A stretch of DNA of 64,000 nt, from assembly GCA_964619485.1 (NCBI GenBank), contig CAZUCI010000002.1, positions 27,975-91,974 on the forward strand. The letters run 5' to 3'. A program made the translations under genes and the position numbers. Origin of the DNA: an uncultured Lachnospiraceae bacterium. GTDB lineage: Bacteria > Bacillota > Clostridia > Lachnospirales > Lachnospiraceae. Shown in pieces: positions 1 to 9,933 of this stretch (its first letter is position 1; each line of letters starts with the position of its first letter). The notes beneath the pieces are model-generated. The model worked only from the letters and a program-made list of their open reading frames with translations. It did not search any database and was not told the DNA's origin.

Positions 1-2
1 AT

Positions 3-983
3 ATCCGGGCTGTTTTTGCAAAGCCATGGTTTTTAAAGGATGCGGATTATTACTGTACCATGAGTATGGGTATCTGTAATTTCCCGGACGACGGAGAAAA
101 TGTGGCCGATCTGATTAAAAAAGCAGACATTGCCATGTATGAGGCGAAAAAGAGCGGGAAAAACCGTGTCGCAAGGTATTCCTCCGGTTTGGGGGGCGGG
201 TCTAACAAGAGACTGGATATGGAAAAGAATATGCGTGATGCCACCAGTGGCAATTACAGTGAATTCAAGGTTTATTTCCAGCCTATCATTGATATTCAAA
301 AGCCGAGAACGCCCTGCGCCGGTGCGGAAGCGCTGGTTCGCTGGAACAGTGCGGCACTGGGATTTATTCCACCCTCTGATTTTATCCCACTGGCAGAGTA
401 TCTGGGACTGATTACACCAATAGGAAATTATGTGCTCAGAGAGGCCTGCTATGCCTGCAAAAAATGGAATGATAATGGTCATCCGGAATATAAGGTAAAT
501 GTAAATCTTTCCGTTGTTCAGCTGTTACAGAGCGATATTCGGGAGGTTGTGCATAAGGCACTGCATGATACAGGAATCAATCCCAGAAATCTTACACTTG
601 AGGTTACGGAGAGCCTTGCAATCAATGATATGGACCGCATGAAGGAAATACTGAATTCCATTCGTGAGCTGGGCGTTCGCATTGCACTGGATGATTTTGG
701 AACAGGATATTCCTCCCTGAATCATATCAGAGAGATTCCACTGGATGTCATTAAGGTGGATCAGAGCTTTGTGTCGGATCTGGCAGATGATGAATATTCA
801 CAGTCATTTATCAAGATGGTAGGTGAGCTTGCTTCCGCAATCGGGGTCAGCATCTGTGTAGAAGGAATTGAGACAAAAGAGCAGTATAAGGTGCTGGAGG
901 GAATGAAGGTTCGGTTGGTTCAGGGTTATTATTTTGACAAGCCGCTTTCCAGAGACAAATTTGAAGATAAATATGTAAATTGA
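3..983 (+). CDS. GGDEF-EAL c-di-GMP signalling protein, C-terminal part (5' end lies outside window)
   Basis: Frame is open from position 3, so the Met at 60 is internal. End of GGDEF (ADIAMYEAKKSGKNR) is followed by EAL with AEALVRW, LEVTES, LDDFGTGYSSL, IKVD, EGIET and QGYYF intact. Confidence 0.92.
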   Translation: MRAVFAKPWFLKDADYYCTMSMGICNFPDDGENVADLIKKADIAMYEAKKSGKNRVARYSSGLGGGSNKRLDMEKNMRDATSGNYSEFKVYFQPIIDIQKPRTPCAGAEALVRWNSAALGFIPPSDFIPLAEYLGLITPIGNYVLREACYACKKWNDNGHPEYKVNVNLSVVQLLQSDIREVVHKALHDTGINPRNLTLEVTESLAINDMDRMKEILNSIRELGVRIALDDFGTGYSSLNHIREIPLDVIKVDQSFVSDLADDEYSQSFIKMVGELASAIGVSICVEGIETKEQYKVLEGMKVRLVQGYYFDKPLSRDKFEDKYVN

Positions 984-1045
984 TGAATCAGAAATGTATG
1001 GGGGAATGCAATTGGACCTCGTCTTCTGCAAAAAAGGGGAAAAGC

Positions 1046-2890
1046 ATGGAGAAAGACAGAGTTGTAGAGTTAAAAAACCGCATCATGCAGCTGAAAATGC
1101 AGTCAGTCGATCCGCAGTTTTCACAGTATCTGGATCAGACGTGGATGCAGCTGCTTGAACAGGAAAAATCGCTGGATCAGTTAGCACGCTGCGTGGAGCA
1201 GAATTATGTGCTGTATCAGAGAAAGAATATGACAGCACCAATACCGCCAGTTCAGCCGATGCCACAGCCGCCGGTTCAGCCAATACCGCCGGCAACGGCG
1301 ATGTGGGGGGAGCCTCAGCCGGAATGGAAATTGCCGGAAAGCAGAAACAGGACTGAGGAAAGTGGAATTCAGTTTGGGGAGAGCAATGCCATTGTTCCGC
1401 CCTCAGAGCAAAAGAGCAAGGCTCCATTGAAGGTGAATAATACCGTTGAATTCAAGGTAGGCTCCATTATTTTTGCAGTGGTTGGTATTGCTTTTCTTCT
1501 TGTTGCCTTTATTACCCTTGGCCTCAATTATATGAACAGTCTGCTGCAGGGAATGTTCCTTTATCTGATTGCAGGTGCAATTCTTCTGGTTTCAGAGCTG
1601 TTTTTTCAAAAGAAAAATCAAAAATTTTCATTCTGTATGACAGGACTGTCAGTTAGCAGCCTGTATGTGGCTACGATTCTGAATTATCTATATCTGAAGG
1701 TGTTTCCAGGCTGGGTGGCACTTCTGATTACAATTTTAATTGCCGGATTGTCACTGTTTCTCAGCCGAAAGCGGGATTCGGGAGTCATGCGTCTGATTTG
1801 TGTGATTGGATGCTATGTTTCGCTGGTTCCGGTGCATCGCTTTTCCACCATACAGGAATTTGTGATTCCTGCCGTGATTATTTTATTAATGAATCTTGCC
1901 TGTATTTTCTATCCGGTGAGAAAAAAACAAATTGGAATCAATGCAGTACAGCATGGCTTTTCCATTGCTTTAAGTCTGTATCTGACTTCACTGCTTTGGA
2001 TGTCGGGACTGCCCTCCTGGCCGATGTACCTTTTTGTGGCAGTGAATCTGGTCCTGTCAGCACTCTTTTACTTCAGAAATGAGGACTGTGGTGGAAACCG
2101 GGCTATCCTTCTTGTCGAGATGGTAATCAGCCTGGGCTTACTTCTGTTTATCGGATACAGCGAAGCTTACCTGCTCTGGGCGTTTTTGGGAGTGACTGTT
2201 TTGGCTATGCTGTGTACAGTTCTGTTTTGGAAAAGGTGGGCACGGTTTGTTCCGTTCTATTTTTGGGCATCCTATCTTTTGCTTGCCTGTCTTTTCGATG
2301 GAATGAGTCTTTATTTTTGTATTGCGGCTCTTGTAATTTTCCTCGTAACAAGGGTTCTTGCGGGATTTTTTAAGGAGCTTGCTGTCACAGATAGTATTTA
2401 TACCATGTTCTGTGTGCTGATTGTACTCTTTGGCATGCGTGGAAGTGAATTGGAAATTGTGGGCTATATTTTTGCAGCAGCCTTGCTTTTTATGGTATTG
2501 GTTACCCAAAAATTTCGTTCCTATCATATTTTTACTGCGTTGAGCTTTATCTGGCTCTTTTTGGTGTCGGAGAGAAATCTGCCGTTTGTATGCAGCATTC
2601 TGCTTGCGGTGATTGCGGCTCTGGCAATCGGTTATGGCTTCTGGCAGCGCAGCAAGGGCGTCCGTATCTATGGATTGATTCTGATGCTTATGGATGCCAT
2701 TAAGATTGCAGTCTTTGATTTTGGAGAATCGCAGCCGGCTGTCCGCATTCTTGTATTTTGTGTGGTGGGTGTGATTATCCTGGGAGTTGCCTATCTGTAC
2801 CTGTATCTGGAAAAACAGCAGCAACAGGAGCAGGAAAAGCAGGAGCAACAGCAACAGGAGCAGGAAAAGCAGCAGCAACAGGGCAATTGA
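1046..2890 (+). CDS. Multi-pass membrane protein, DUF2339-like, with Pro/Gln-rich N-terminal linker and Gln/Glu-rich tail
   Basis: ORF 980..2890. Likely start is the ATG at 1046 after AAGGGG. About 15 hydrophobic segments; C-terminal GLILMLMDAIKIAVFD...RILVF pattern typical of DUF2339. Confidence 0.7.
   Translation: MEKDRVVELKNRIMQLKMQSVDPQFSQYLDQTWMQLLEQEKSLDQLARCVEQNYVLYQRKNMTAPIPPVQPMPQPPVQPIPPATAMWGEPQPEWKLPESRNRTEESGIQFGESNAIVPPSEQKSKAPLKVNNTVEFKVGSIIFAVVGIAFLLVAFITLGLNYMNSLLQGMFLYLIAGAILLVSELFFQKKNQKFSFCMTGLSVSSLYVATILNYLYLKVFPGWVALLITILIAGLSLFLSRKRDSGVMRLICVIGCYVSLVPVHRFSTIQEFVIPAVIILLMNLACIFYPVRKKQIGINAVQHGFSIALSLYLTSLLWMSGLPSWPMYLFVAVNLVLSALFYFRNEDCGGNRAILLVEMVISLGLLLFIGYSEAYLLWAFLGVTVLAMLCTVLFWKRWARFVPFYFWASYLLLACLFDGMSLYFCIAALVIFLVTRVLAGFFKELAVTDSIYTMFCVLIVLFGMRGSELEIVGYIFAAALLFMVLVTQKFRSYHIFTALSFIWLFLVSERNLPFVCSILLAVIAALAIGYGFWQRSKGVRIYGLILMLMDAIKIAVFDFGESQPAVRILVFCVVGVIILGVAYLYLYLEKQQQQEQEKQEQQQQEQEKQQQQGN
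2816..2883 (+). repeat. 30-bp in-frame tandem repeat encoding (QQQQEQEKQE/Q)x2
   Basis: gcaacaggagcaggaaaagcag recurs at 2821 and 2851. Confidence 0.9.
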
Positions 2891-3020
2891 ATTTCACAGT
2901 ACTTTATGCTAAAATTATTTTTATCGCATAAAACGGAAGTAAATCAGTTAAAAAAATCAGGCATCAGGGCATTGCCGCCGACAGCGACATCCCCATGCCG
3001 AAGTCCGGGAGTAGACAAAA

Positions 3021-4727
3021 ATGGAAAATAACAACATGGAAAACAGCAATATTGAGGATACAGAGAGCACAGCAGTGTCCAAAAACTTTATTGAACTTGA
3101 AATTGACAAAGACCTGGCTGAGGGAAAATATGACACTGTTCATACGCGTTTCCCACCGGAGCCAAACGGTTATCTCCACATTGGACATGCCAAAAGTATT
3201 ATTTTAAATTATGGTCTGGCCAAAAAATATGGTGGAAAATTTAACATGAGATTTGACGATACCAATCCTACCAAGGAGAAAAGTGAGTTCGTTGAATCCA
3301 TTAAGGAGGATATTAAATGGTTAGGTGCAGACTGGGAGGATCGTCTCTTTTTTGCATCCAATTATTTTGACCAGATGTATGAGGCAGCGGTCAAGCTGAT
3401 TAAAAAGGGAAAGGCATATGTATCAGACCTGAATGCAGAGCAGATCCGCGAATATCGCGGCACGCTTACAGAGCCCGGTAAAAAGGACCCGTATTCTGAC
3501 AGAAGCATTGAGGAAAACCTGGAGCTTTTTGAAGGAATGAAGGATGGAAAATACGAGGATGGAAGTAAGGTCCTCCGTGCCAAAATTGATATGAGCTCTT
3601 CCAATATCAACATGAGAGATCCTATTATTTATCGTGTTGCCCATATGACACATCATAATACAGGTGATAAATGGTGCATCTATCCTATGTACGATTTTGC
3701 CCATCCAATTGAAGATGCCATTGAGGGAATTACTCATTCCATCTGTACTCTGGAATTTGAAGATCACAGACCGTTATATGACTGGGTTGTGAGAGAGCTG
3801 GAATATCCGAGACCACCGAGACAGATTGAATTTGCAAAAATGTATCTCACCAATGTGGTAACCGGTAAGAGGTATATCAAGAAGCTGGTAGAGGACGGCA
3901 TTGTTGATGGCTGGGATGATCCAAGACTTGTCTCTATCGCAGCACTTAGAAGAAGAGGCTACACACCGGAGTCCATTCGTATGTTTGTGGAGCTCTGTGG
4001 TATCTCAAAAGCAAATTCTTCTGCGGATTATGCAATGCTGGAATATTGCTTAAGAGAGGATTTGAAACTGAAAAGAGCCAGAATGATGGCGATTCTTGAT
4101 CCAATCAGGTTGGTGATTGATAACTATCCGGAAGGACAGACCGAGCTGCTGGATGCTGCTAATAATATGGAGAATCCGGAATTGGGATCTCATCAGGTTC
4201 CATTTGAGCGAGAGTTATATATTGAGCGAGATGACTTCATGGAGGAGCCTCCAAGAAAGTATTTCCGTTTATTCCCTGGAAATGAAGTTCGTCTGATGCA
4301 TGCTTATTTTGTAAAGTGTGAGAGCTTTGAGAAGGATGAAAATGGAAAGGTCACCGTTGTTCATTGTACCTATGACCCGGAGACAAAGGCAGGCAGTGGT
4401 TTTACAGGCAGAAAGGTAAAGGGAACCATTCACTGGGTACCTGTTCATTCTGCGGTAGAAGCAGAGGTTCGTCTGTATGAAAATATTATTGATGAGGAAA
4501 AGGGTGTCTACAATGAGGAGGACGGAAGCCTCAATTTGAATCCAACCTCTCTGACTGTTTTAGAGCACTGTTATCTGGAGCCTGCCATTGCAGGAGCAAA
4601 GGCTTTAGACAGCTTTCAGTTTGTGAGAAACGGTTACTTCTGCGTGGATTATAAGGATACAACAAAAGAAAAATATGTCTTTAACAGAATCGTTTCACTA
4701 AAGAGCTCATTTAAGCTTCCTAAATAA
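3021..4727 (+). CDS. glnS: Glutamine--tRNA ligase
   Basis: [17 protein letters not shown] (HIGH motif), [25 protein letters not shown] and C-terminal FQFVRNGYF. Confidence 0.97.
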   Translation: MENNNMENSNIEDTESTAVSKNFIELEIDKDLAEGKYDTVHTRFPPEPNGYLHIGHAKSIILNYGLAKKYGGKFNMRFDDTNPTKEKSEFVESIKEDIKWLGADWEDRLFFASNYFDQMYEAAVKLIKKGKAYVSDLNAEQIREYRGTLTEPGKKDPYSDRSIEENLELFEGMKDGKYEDGSKVLRAKIDMSSSNINMRDPIIYRVAHMTHHNTGDKWCIYPMYDFAHPIEDAIEGITHSICTLEFEDHRPLYDWVVRELEYPRPPRQIEFAKMYLTNVVTGKRYIKKLVEDGIVDGWDDPRLVSIAALRRRGYTPESIRMFVELCGISKANSSADYAMLEYCLREDLKLKRARMMAILDPIRLVIDNYPEGQTELLDAANNMENPELGSHQVPFERELYIERDDFMEEPPRKYFRLFPGNEVRLMHAYFVKCESFEKDENGKVTVVHCTYDPETKAGSGFTGRKVKGTIHWVPVHSAVEAEVRLYENIIDEEKGVYNEEDGSLNLNPTSLTVLEHCYLEPAIAGAKALDSFQFVRNGYFCVDYKDTTKEKYVFNRIVSLKSSFKLPK

Positions 4728-4751
4728 TTTAGGGGATTAGGAGATTAGAGA

Positions 4752-5627
4752 ATGGAAAAATTATTATCTGGCCTGGAAGGGATGGGTCTGGGTGATTTGG
4801 AAGACCTTGATCTTTATGAGGAAAAGCAGCGCTCCCGTGAAAGGGAAGAGAAAAATGCCCAGGAAGCGAAGGACAACGAAGTCAAGGAAGAGGATATGCT
4901 TTATGATAAGAGCTATACCTGTCCCATCTGCGACAAGGAATTTAAAAGTAAAACTGTAAGAAGCGGCAGAGCAAGAGCGCTTGGCGTGGATATGGATCTC
5001 AGACCAAGGTATGAGAATATCGATGTACTGAAGTATGATGTAATTGCATGCCCAAACTGTGGCTATGCGGCACTGCCAAGATATTTCCCGTATCTGACTC
5101 CAAAACAGAAAAAGGATATCCGAGAAAAAATCGCACAAAACTATAAGGTTCGTGAAGTGCACGAAGCACAGACCACCTATACCTATGAAATGGCGCTGGA
5201 GAGAAATAAGCTTGCCCTTGTAAATGCCATCGTAAAACACGGAAAAAACAGTGAGAGAGCCTATATCTGCCTGAAAACCGGCTGGCTGTTGAGGGGGATG
5301 AATGAGGTCCTCAACCCGAAAACGGAAGATTACAAAAAAAAGAAGCGGGAAAATACAGCTACAGAGCGGCAGTTCCTTCGTAATGCCTATGAAGGCTTCA
5401 TGGATGCAAGACTGCACGAAAGACCTCCACTCTGTGGCATGGATGAGATGACAGTTGATTACCTTCTGGCAACTCTTTCGATTGTTTTCAATGAGTATGA
5501 AAATGCCGAGAGACTGATTGGAGCCATTATTTTATCAAAAACTGCCAACAGCAGAATTAAGGATAAGGCCAGAGATTTAAAGGAAATTCTTCGCCAGAAA
5601 ATGAAGGAAGCAGAGTCTGATGAATGA
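4752..5627 (+). CDS. DUF2225-like zinc-ribbon protein
   Basis: CPICDKEF and CPNCGYAA CxxC pairs, D.DLRP.Y motif, helical C-terminal half with WLLR. Confidence 0.75.
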   Translation: MEKLLSGLEGMGLGDLEDLDLYEEKQRSREREEKNAQEAKDNEVKEEDMLYDKSYTCPICDKEFKSKTVRSGRARALGVDMDLRPRYENIDVLKYDVIACPNCGYAALPRYFPYLTPKQKKDIREKIAQNYKVREVHEAQTTYTYEMALERNKLALVNAIVKHGKNSERAYICLKTGWLLRGMNEVLNPKTEDYKKKKRENTATERQFLRNAYEGFMDARLHERPPLCGMDEMTVDYLLATLSIVFNEYENAERLIGAIILSKTANSRIKDKARDLKEILRQKMKEAESDE

Positions 5628-7032
5628 ACTAAGTATTCCTCTGAATGAAAAGAGTGGGGAACACCTGTATTTACAGATTTACAATTACATGAAAAAGGAA
5701 ATCCAGAGGGGCAGCCTGGCAAAGGGTCAGAGGCTGCCCTCGACCCGTGCGCTGGCGCAGCACCTGCAGGTGTCACGCAGCACGGTAGATTTTGCTTATG
5801 GACAGCTCTTATCGGAGGGATATATTGAATCCATTCCCTATAAGGGCTATTTTGTTTGTGAGATGAACCAGCTTTACAAACAGCTTCCGACCAAACAGTA
5901 TCAGAGGGAAACCAGAACAAAAAAGCAGGCTGCCTTTGATTTTTCTCCTAACAAAATAGATATTTCTTTTTTCCCATTCCCCACATGGAAGAAAATCTCC
6001 AAGTCCGTTTTTCTGGATGAGGAGAGAGAGGTGTTTGAGCTGGGGGAGTCGAAGGGAGATTTCCGCCTCAGGGAAGCAATATGCAGCTATATTCACAGCA
6101 GCCGCGGGGTATCAGCCAGTCCTAACCAGATTATTGTCGGTGCAGGAAATGAATATCTGCTTTTGCTGCTGCAGAAGATACTTGGAGAAAAGAGAAGGAC
6201 GGCTGTGGAAAATCCCACCTATAAGCGTGCTGCCCAGATTTTCACCTCCGGTGGCTACAGTGTTATTCCTGTCGCCATGGATGAGATGGGGATGCAGGTG
6301 GAGGCACTGAATGAAAGTGCAGCCGATATTGCCTATATTACGCCTTCGCATCAGTTTCCCACAGGAATTGTCATGCCTATTGGACGGAGAATGGATCTTT
6401 TATCCTGGGCTGGAGCCAGGGAAGACCGTTTTTTGATTGAGGATGATTATGACAGTGAATTTCGATATCGTGGAAAACCGATTCCATCGCTGCAGTCCTC
6501 AGACTCCAATGGAAAAGTAATCTATCTTGGAACCTTTTCCAAATCCATTGCACCTGCCATCCGTATCAGCTATATGGTACTTCCTGAAAAGCTGATGGAG
6601 ATCTATGAGAGGAAGCTGGGTTTTATGTCCTCTACCGTTTCCCGAATCGACCAGGCAATTTTATATCATTTTATCGCAGACGGACACTTTGAGCGGTATT
6701 TGAATAAAATGAGAAAAATTTACAAGGATAAGCATGATCTTTTGCTGGAGCAGATAAAGGACTTTCGCACACAGTTTAAAATTTCAGGGGAGTATGCGGG
6801 GCTTCATATTCTGCTGGAGGATCAGATGGGTAGAAGTGAGCAGGAGCTTATGGCTGCAGCCGGAGAGCAGGAGTGTAATATTTATGGTATGAGTGCCTAT
6901 TATCTTGAGAAAAAACCTGAAAAGGCAACCATTCTTTTGGGATTTGCCGCAATGAATGAGACACAGATTATCGAGGGCGTCCAGAGACTGAGGGCTGCAT
7001 GGAACATTAAAAAATCCCCCCTGCCCGGATAA
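5620..7032 (+). CDS. MocR/GabR-family PLP-dependent GntR regulator
   Basis: N-terminal wHTH (LPSTRALAQHLQVSRSTV), aminotransferase-like TPSHQFPTG, IEDDYDSEFRY, LGTFSKS (PLP lysine). Overlaps upstream ORF by 8 nt. Confidence 0.93.
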   Translation: MNELSIPLNEKSGEHLYLQIYNYMKKEIQRGSLAKGQRLPSTRALAQHLQVSRSTVDFAYGQLLSEGYIESIPYKGYFVCEMNQLYKQLPTKQYQRETRTKKQAAFDFSPNKIDISFFPFPTWKKISKSVFLDEEREVFELGESKGDFRLREAICSYIHSSRGVSASPNQIIVGAGNEYLLLLLQKILGEKRRTAVENPTYKRAAQIFTSGGYSVIPVAMDEMGMQVEALNESAADIAYITPSHQFPTGIVMPIGRRMDLLSWAGAREDRFLIEDDYDSEFRYRGKPIPSLQSSDSNGKVIYLGTFSKSIAPAIRISYMVLPEKLMEIYERKLGFMSSTVSRIDQAILYHFIADGHFERYLNKMRKIYKDKHDLLLEQIKDFRTQFKISGEYAGLHILLEDQMGRSEQELMAAAGEQECNIYGMSAYYLEKKPEKATILLGFAAMNETQIIEGVQRLRAAWNIKKSPLPG

Positions 7033-7062
7033 TAAAAATTATCATAGTGCAAGGGGGGGATT
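7012..7062. terminator. Probable bidirectional terminator between convergent genes
   Basis: aatccccc-ctgc ... gcaa-ggggggatt arms. The long loop contains the MocR stop codon. Confidence 0.45.
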
Positions 7063-7098
7063 AACGTGGTTGCAGACAGCGGTAGTCAGCTGCAGGTA

Positions 7099-7452
7099 TT
7101 AGTCCTCATCAACAGGGGGTTCATCAGAAACATCTTCCTCTTCATCATCCTCGTCGAAAAATTCTTCTACAGAATCAGTTGCTTTCTCGGTCTCTGGATT
7201 GAAAGCTGTTTTATCAGCTTTTGCTTTATCGGCTTCTGTCTTCTCAGCCTCTTTTTCCAGGTCCAGAGGTACATAATTGCGGCTGGAGGATAAATCGGCC
7301 TCCTCTTCATCGAAGTTTAAATCATCATCAAAATCTTCGTCATCCTCATCAAAAAATTTGTCTTCCCTTTTCTGAAGGTAATAATATGTTCCAGCGGCCG
7401 CAGCACCAATTGCTGTTCCCAATATTAATAAATTCCTGAGTTTTTTTGCCAT
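7099..7452 (-). CDS. Small hypothetical protein with N-terminal membrane anchor and very acidic tail
   Basis: RBS AAGGAG precedes the ATG. Hydrophobic LLILGTAIGAAAAGTYYYL is followed by Asp/Glu-rich sequence. Confidence 0.8.
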   Translation of the reverse strand: MAKKLRNLLILGTAIGAAAAGTYYYLQKREDKFFDEDDEDFDDDLNFDEEEADLSSSRNYVPLDLEKEAEKTEADKAKADKTAFNPETEKATDSVEEFFDEDDEEEDVSDEPPVDED

Positions 7453-7588
7453 GTAGAAATACTCCTTTCCAAATCATGCTTACCTTTCTACTATTTTAAA
7501 ATAAAACGCGCAGGAAAACAAGTAGATATTGCATTGCTTTTGGGGCTATGATAAGATTATTTTCGATTGATAAGGCGGGAAAACACCA

Positions 7589-8218
7589 ATGAATGACAAA
7601 TTTTTTGATTTGAAGAAGGAAAAACAGGATCGCATGATCAATGCGGCCTTAAAGGTATTTGCGATAAATGGCTATGGAAAAGCAAGTACGGATGATATTG
7701 TAAAAGAGGCGGGGATTTCAAAGGGCCTTCTATTTCATTATTTTGGTTCCAAGGCCGGTACCTACATTTTTGCATATGAGTACAGTGCGCGATACATGGC
7801 AATGGAATTGGAGCGGGCAGTCCCTCTGAGAGAAAAGGATCTGTTTATCCTGCTTTCCCAGGTGGAGGAGGCAAGAGCGGTACTTTTACGTAACTATCCC
7901 TTTATGCAGAAATTTCTTCTGACCTTTCATTCTGTACAGGATGAGGAGATCAGGGCAGCGATTGGGGAATATGTGGAAATGGTGCCAAAGGCAATACGGG
8001 AGCTTTATGACAGAGCAGATATGGAGCGGATTTTGCCTGGGGTTGATACAGAGCTTCTGGTCAGAAGCATGAATTACGTTACCCGCGGTCTGATGGAAGA
8101 GGCCGTAGAGCATGAAGCTGTAAATGTTGATTTCGTTTTATCTGAGGCAATCGGATATCTGGATATGATGCGTCAGAGGTTTACAAAGCCAGAATTTTTA
8201 AAGGAGGATTATCTATGA
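7589..8218 (+). CDS. TetR/AcrR family regulator
   Basis: FAINGYGKASTDDIVKEAGISKGLLFHYFGSK HTH. Confidence 0.93.
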   Translation: MNDKFFDLKKEKQDRMINAALKVFAINGYGKASTDDIVKEAGISKGLLFHYFGSKAGTYIFAYEYSARYMAMELERAVPLREKDLFILLSQVEEARAVLLRNYPFMQKFLLTFHSVQDEEIRAAIGEYVEMVPKAIRELYDRADMERILPGVDTELLVRSMNYVTRGLMEEAVEHEAVNVDFVLSEAIGYLDMMRQRFTKPEFLKEDYL

Positions 8219-8838
8219 AAATCATGTTATTAAACGGCAGCTGCAAAACAAACGGCTGCACCTACACGGCACTTTGTGAGGCTGAGAAGGTGTTAAAGGA
8301 AGAGGGATTGGAAACAGAGCTCATTCAGCTCGGTGGGCAGGCAATTCGTGACTGCATCGGATGTGGCGGATGTGCAGCAGGGAACGGCTGTGTTTTCAAC
8401 GATGACTGTATCAATGAAATAGTGAAAAAGGCTGCCCAATGCGATGGCTTTATTTTTGGAACGCCGGTTTACTATGCACATCCAAGCGGCAGAATTCTTG
8501 CTGCACTGGACAGAATGTTCTACTCTGGAAAAAGCGCTTTTGCCCATAAGCCTGGGTTCGCCCTTGCTTCTGCAAGAAGAGCCGGAACCACAGCAAGCAT
8601 TGACGTGCTTCAGAAGTACTTTACAATTTCTGAAATGCCGATTGCATCATCAAGCTACTGGACCATGGTTCACGGAAATACTCCGGAGGAGGTTTCCAGG
8701 GACGCAGAGGGACTGCAGACAATGAGAAATGCAGCAAGAAATCTGGCCTGGCTTGTAAAATGTATTGAGCTTGGTAAGCAGAATGGAATTCCGGTTCCGA
8801 AAAGCGAGACCGGGAACAGAACCAATTTTATTGAATAG
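8215..8838 (+). CDS. Iron-sulfur flavoprotein / NADPH-dependent FMN reductase family
   Basis: LLNGS start, CIGCGGC(X5)C compact Cys motif, GTPVYYA, SSYW. ATGA overlap with the TetR stop. Confidence 0.88.
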   Translation: MKIMLLNGSCKTNGCTYTALCEAEKVLKEEGLETELIQLGGQAIRDCIGCGGCAAGNGCVFNDDCINEIVKKAAQCDGFIFGTPVYYAHPSGRILAALDRMFYSGKSAFAHKPGFALASARRAGTTASIDVLQKYFTISEMPIASSSYWTMVHGNTPEEVSRDAEGLQTMRNAARNLAWLVKCIELGKQNGIPVPKSETGNRTNFIE

Positions 8839-8861
8839 TTCAAGATAAAAAAGGGGCTGGT

Positions 8862-9623
8862 TTACTTATTTTGCTGATACACGGGATCAGCAGGGTAACC
8901 GCCCCAGAGCTTCTGCATTCCGCGCTGAATGGCATCCTTGGAATTTTTCCAGTCCTTGTCATGGTTGCGGTAATCAAATTTTTCCACCAGCCAGGCAACA
9001 TCTTCACCGACGCGCAGCATATTTTTCTGCATCAGGTCAAAGAGCAGTGGAAAAAGCGCATCCTTCTGCTTGTCATTTAACTGTTCATCTGCAGCGGCAC
9101 ACAAATCGCCGAAATGATGCAGGCAGAGACCTTTGCTGTTTTTCAGCATTTCTGTCATTTCACCATCTTTTTTATACATAAAGAAAAAGGTGTCCAGATA
9201 TCTTTGATAGGTTTTTTTAAAGCTGTTGCAGATATAGCAGGATTCCTCCCGGTTTTTGACCCAGGCAGCCATGGAATTGAGGTTGTCGGAGTCCTTTTTT
9301 AATTTATTCATAAAGGAAGTTTTTCCCCGGGAGAATATTCTGATCTGTTCATTTAATTCCTGATTCATCTGAATATAATGAGTTTTTAAAATCCAGCCGT
9401 TGCCCAGTGTATTTCCATAATCAAACATTTTCTTGAAATGAGCTCTGCAAAAGCCGGCTTTGTCTGTGGCATCACGCATGTCACTTTCCATATAGGAAGA
9501 GCCGGAGCCCAGAACCAGGTCTAACAGGTCCTGTTCCACATTTCGTTCTATGTAGCAGAATGGACATTCGTCATCGGCATGGAACGCATCGGTCAGGGGA
9601 ATGGTGTATAGGGTTTCTTTCAT
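8862..9623 (-). CDS. DUF6062-like Cys/His-rich conserved hypothetical protein
   Basis: CPFC, FCRAH, CYIC and LCLHH repeated metal-binding pattern; KFDYRN and WKNSKD near the C-terminus. Confidence 0.7.
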   Translation of the reverse strand: MKETLYTIPLTDAFHADDECPFCYIERNVEQDLLDLVLGSGSSYMESDMRDATDKAGFCRAHFKKMFDYGNTLGNGWILKTHYIQMNQELNEQIRIFSRGKTSFMNKLKKDSDNLNSMAAWVKNREESCYICNSFKKTYQRYLDTFFFMYKKDGEMTEMLKNSKGLCLHHFGDLCAAADEQLNDKQKDALFPLLFDLMQKNMLRVGEDVAWLVEKFDYRNHDKDWKNSKDAIQRGMQKLWGGYPADPVYQQNK

Positions 9624-9727
9624 GTACGGTGTAACCTCCTGTGTCAGGGTATTTTGATGCTTCTATTTTAAGCTTTTTGCAGGATACATACAAGGAAAAG
9701 AATTTTACGGAGGGTGGATAGAAGAAA

Positions 9728-9804
9728 GTGTCGGAAACAAAAGATAGAAATATGGGATGGAAATAGGAGATAGAAATAAGAGATAGAAATAAGTGCTGGG
9801 AATA
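9728..9804 (+). repeat. Degenerate 13-bp tandem repeat (consensus ~agagatagaaata), about 6 units
   Basis: aaagatagaaata, tgggatggaaata, ggagatagaaata, agagatagaaata and agtgctgggaata in register. Confidence 0.8.
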
Positions 9805-9933
9805 AGTAATTTAGGATAGTAAATCCTGTCGCATTGTGTTAAAATGTGTAACGATAATGCGAAACGTGAAAGAAGACCTTTTTTATAGGATTCTTTTGCA
9901 GCAAAAATGAATAAAGAACGGGAGGAATTAGTT

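Noticed and set aside
2925-3010. Glutamine (glnA) riboswitch upstream of glnS, suggested by acggaagta
   Set aside because: No CGUU/AACG P1 stem or flanking hairpins; only the short motif matches.
9810-9900. PyrR attenuator or purine riboswitch before the NCS2 permease
   Set aside because: Conserved cores are absent; the visible pairings overlap the probable promoter.
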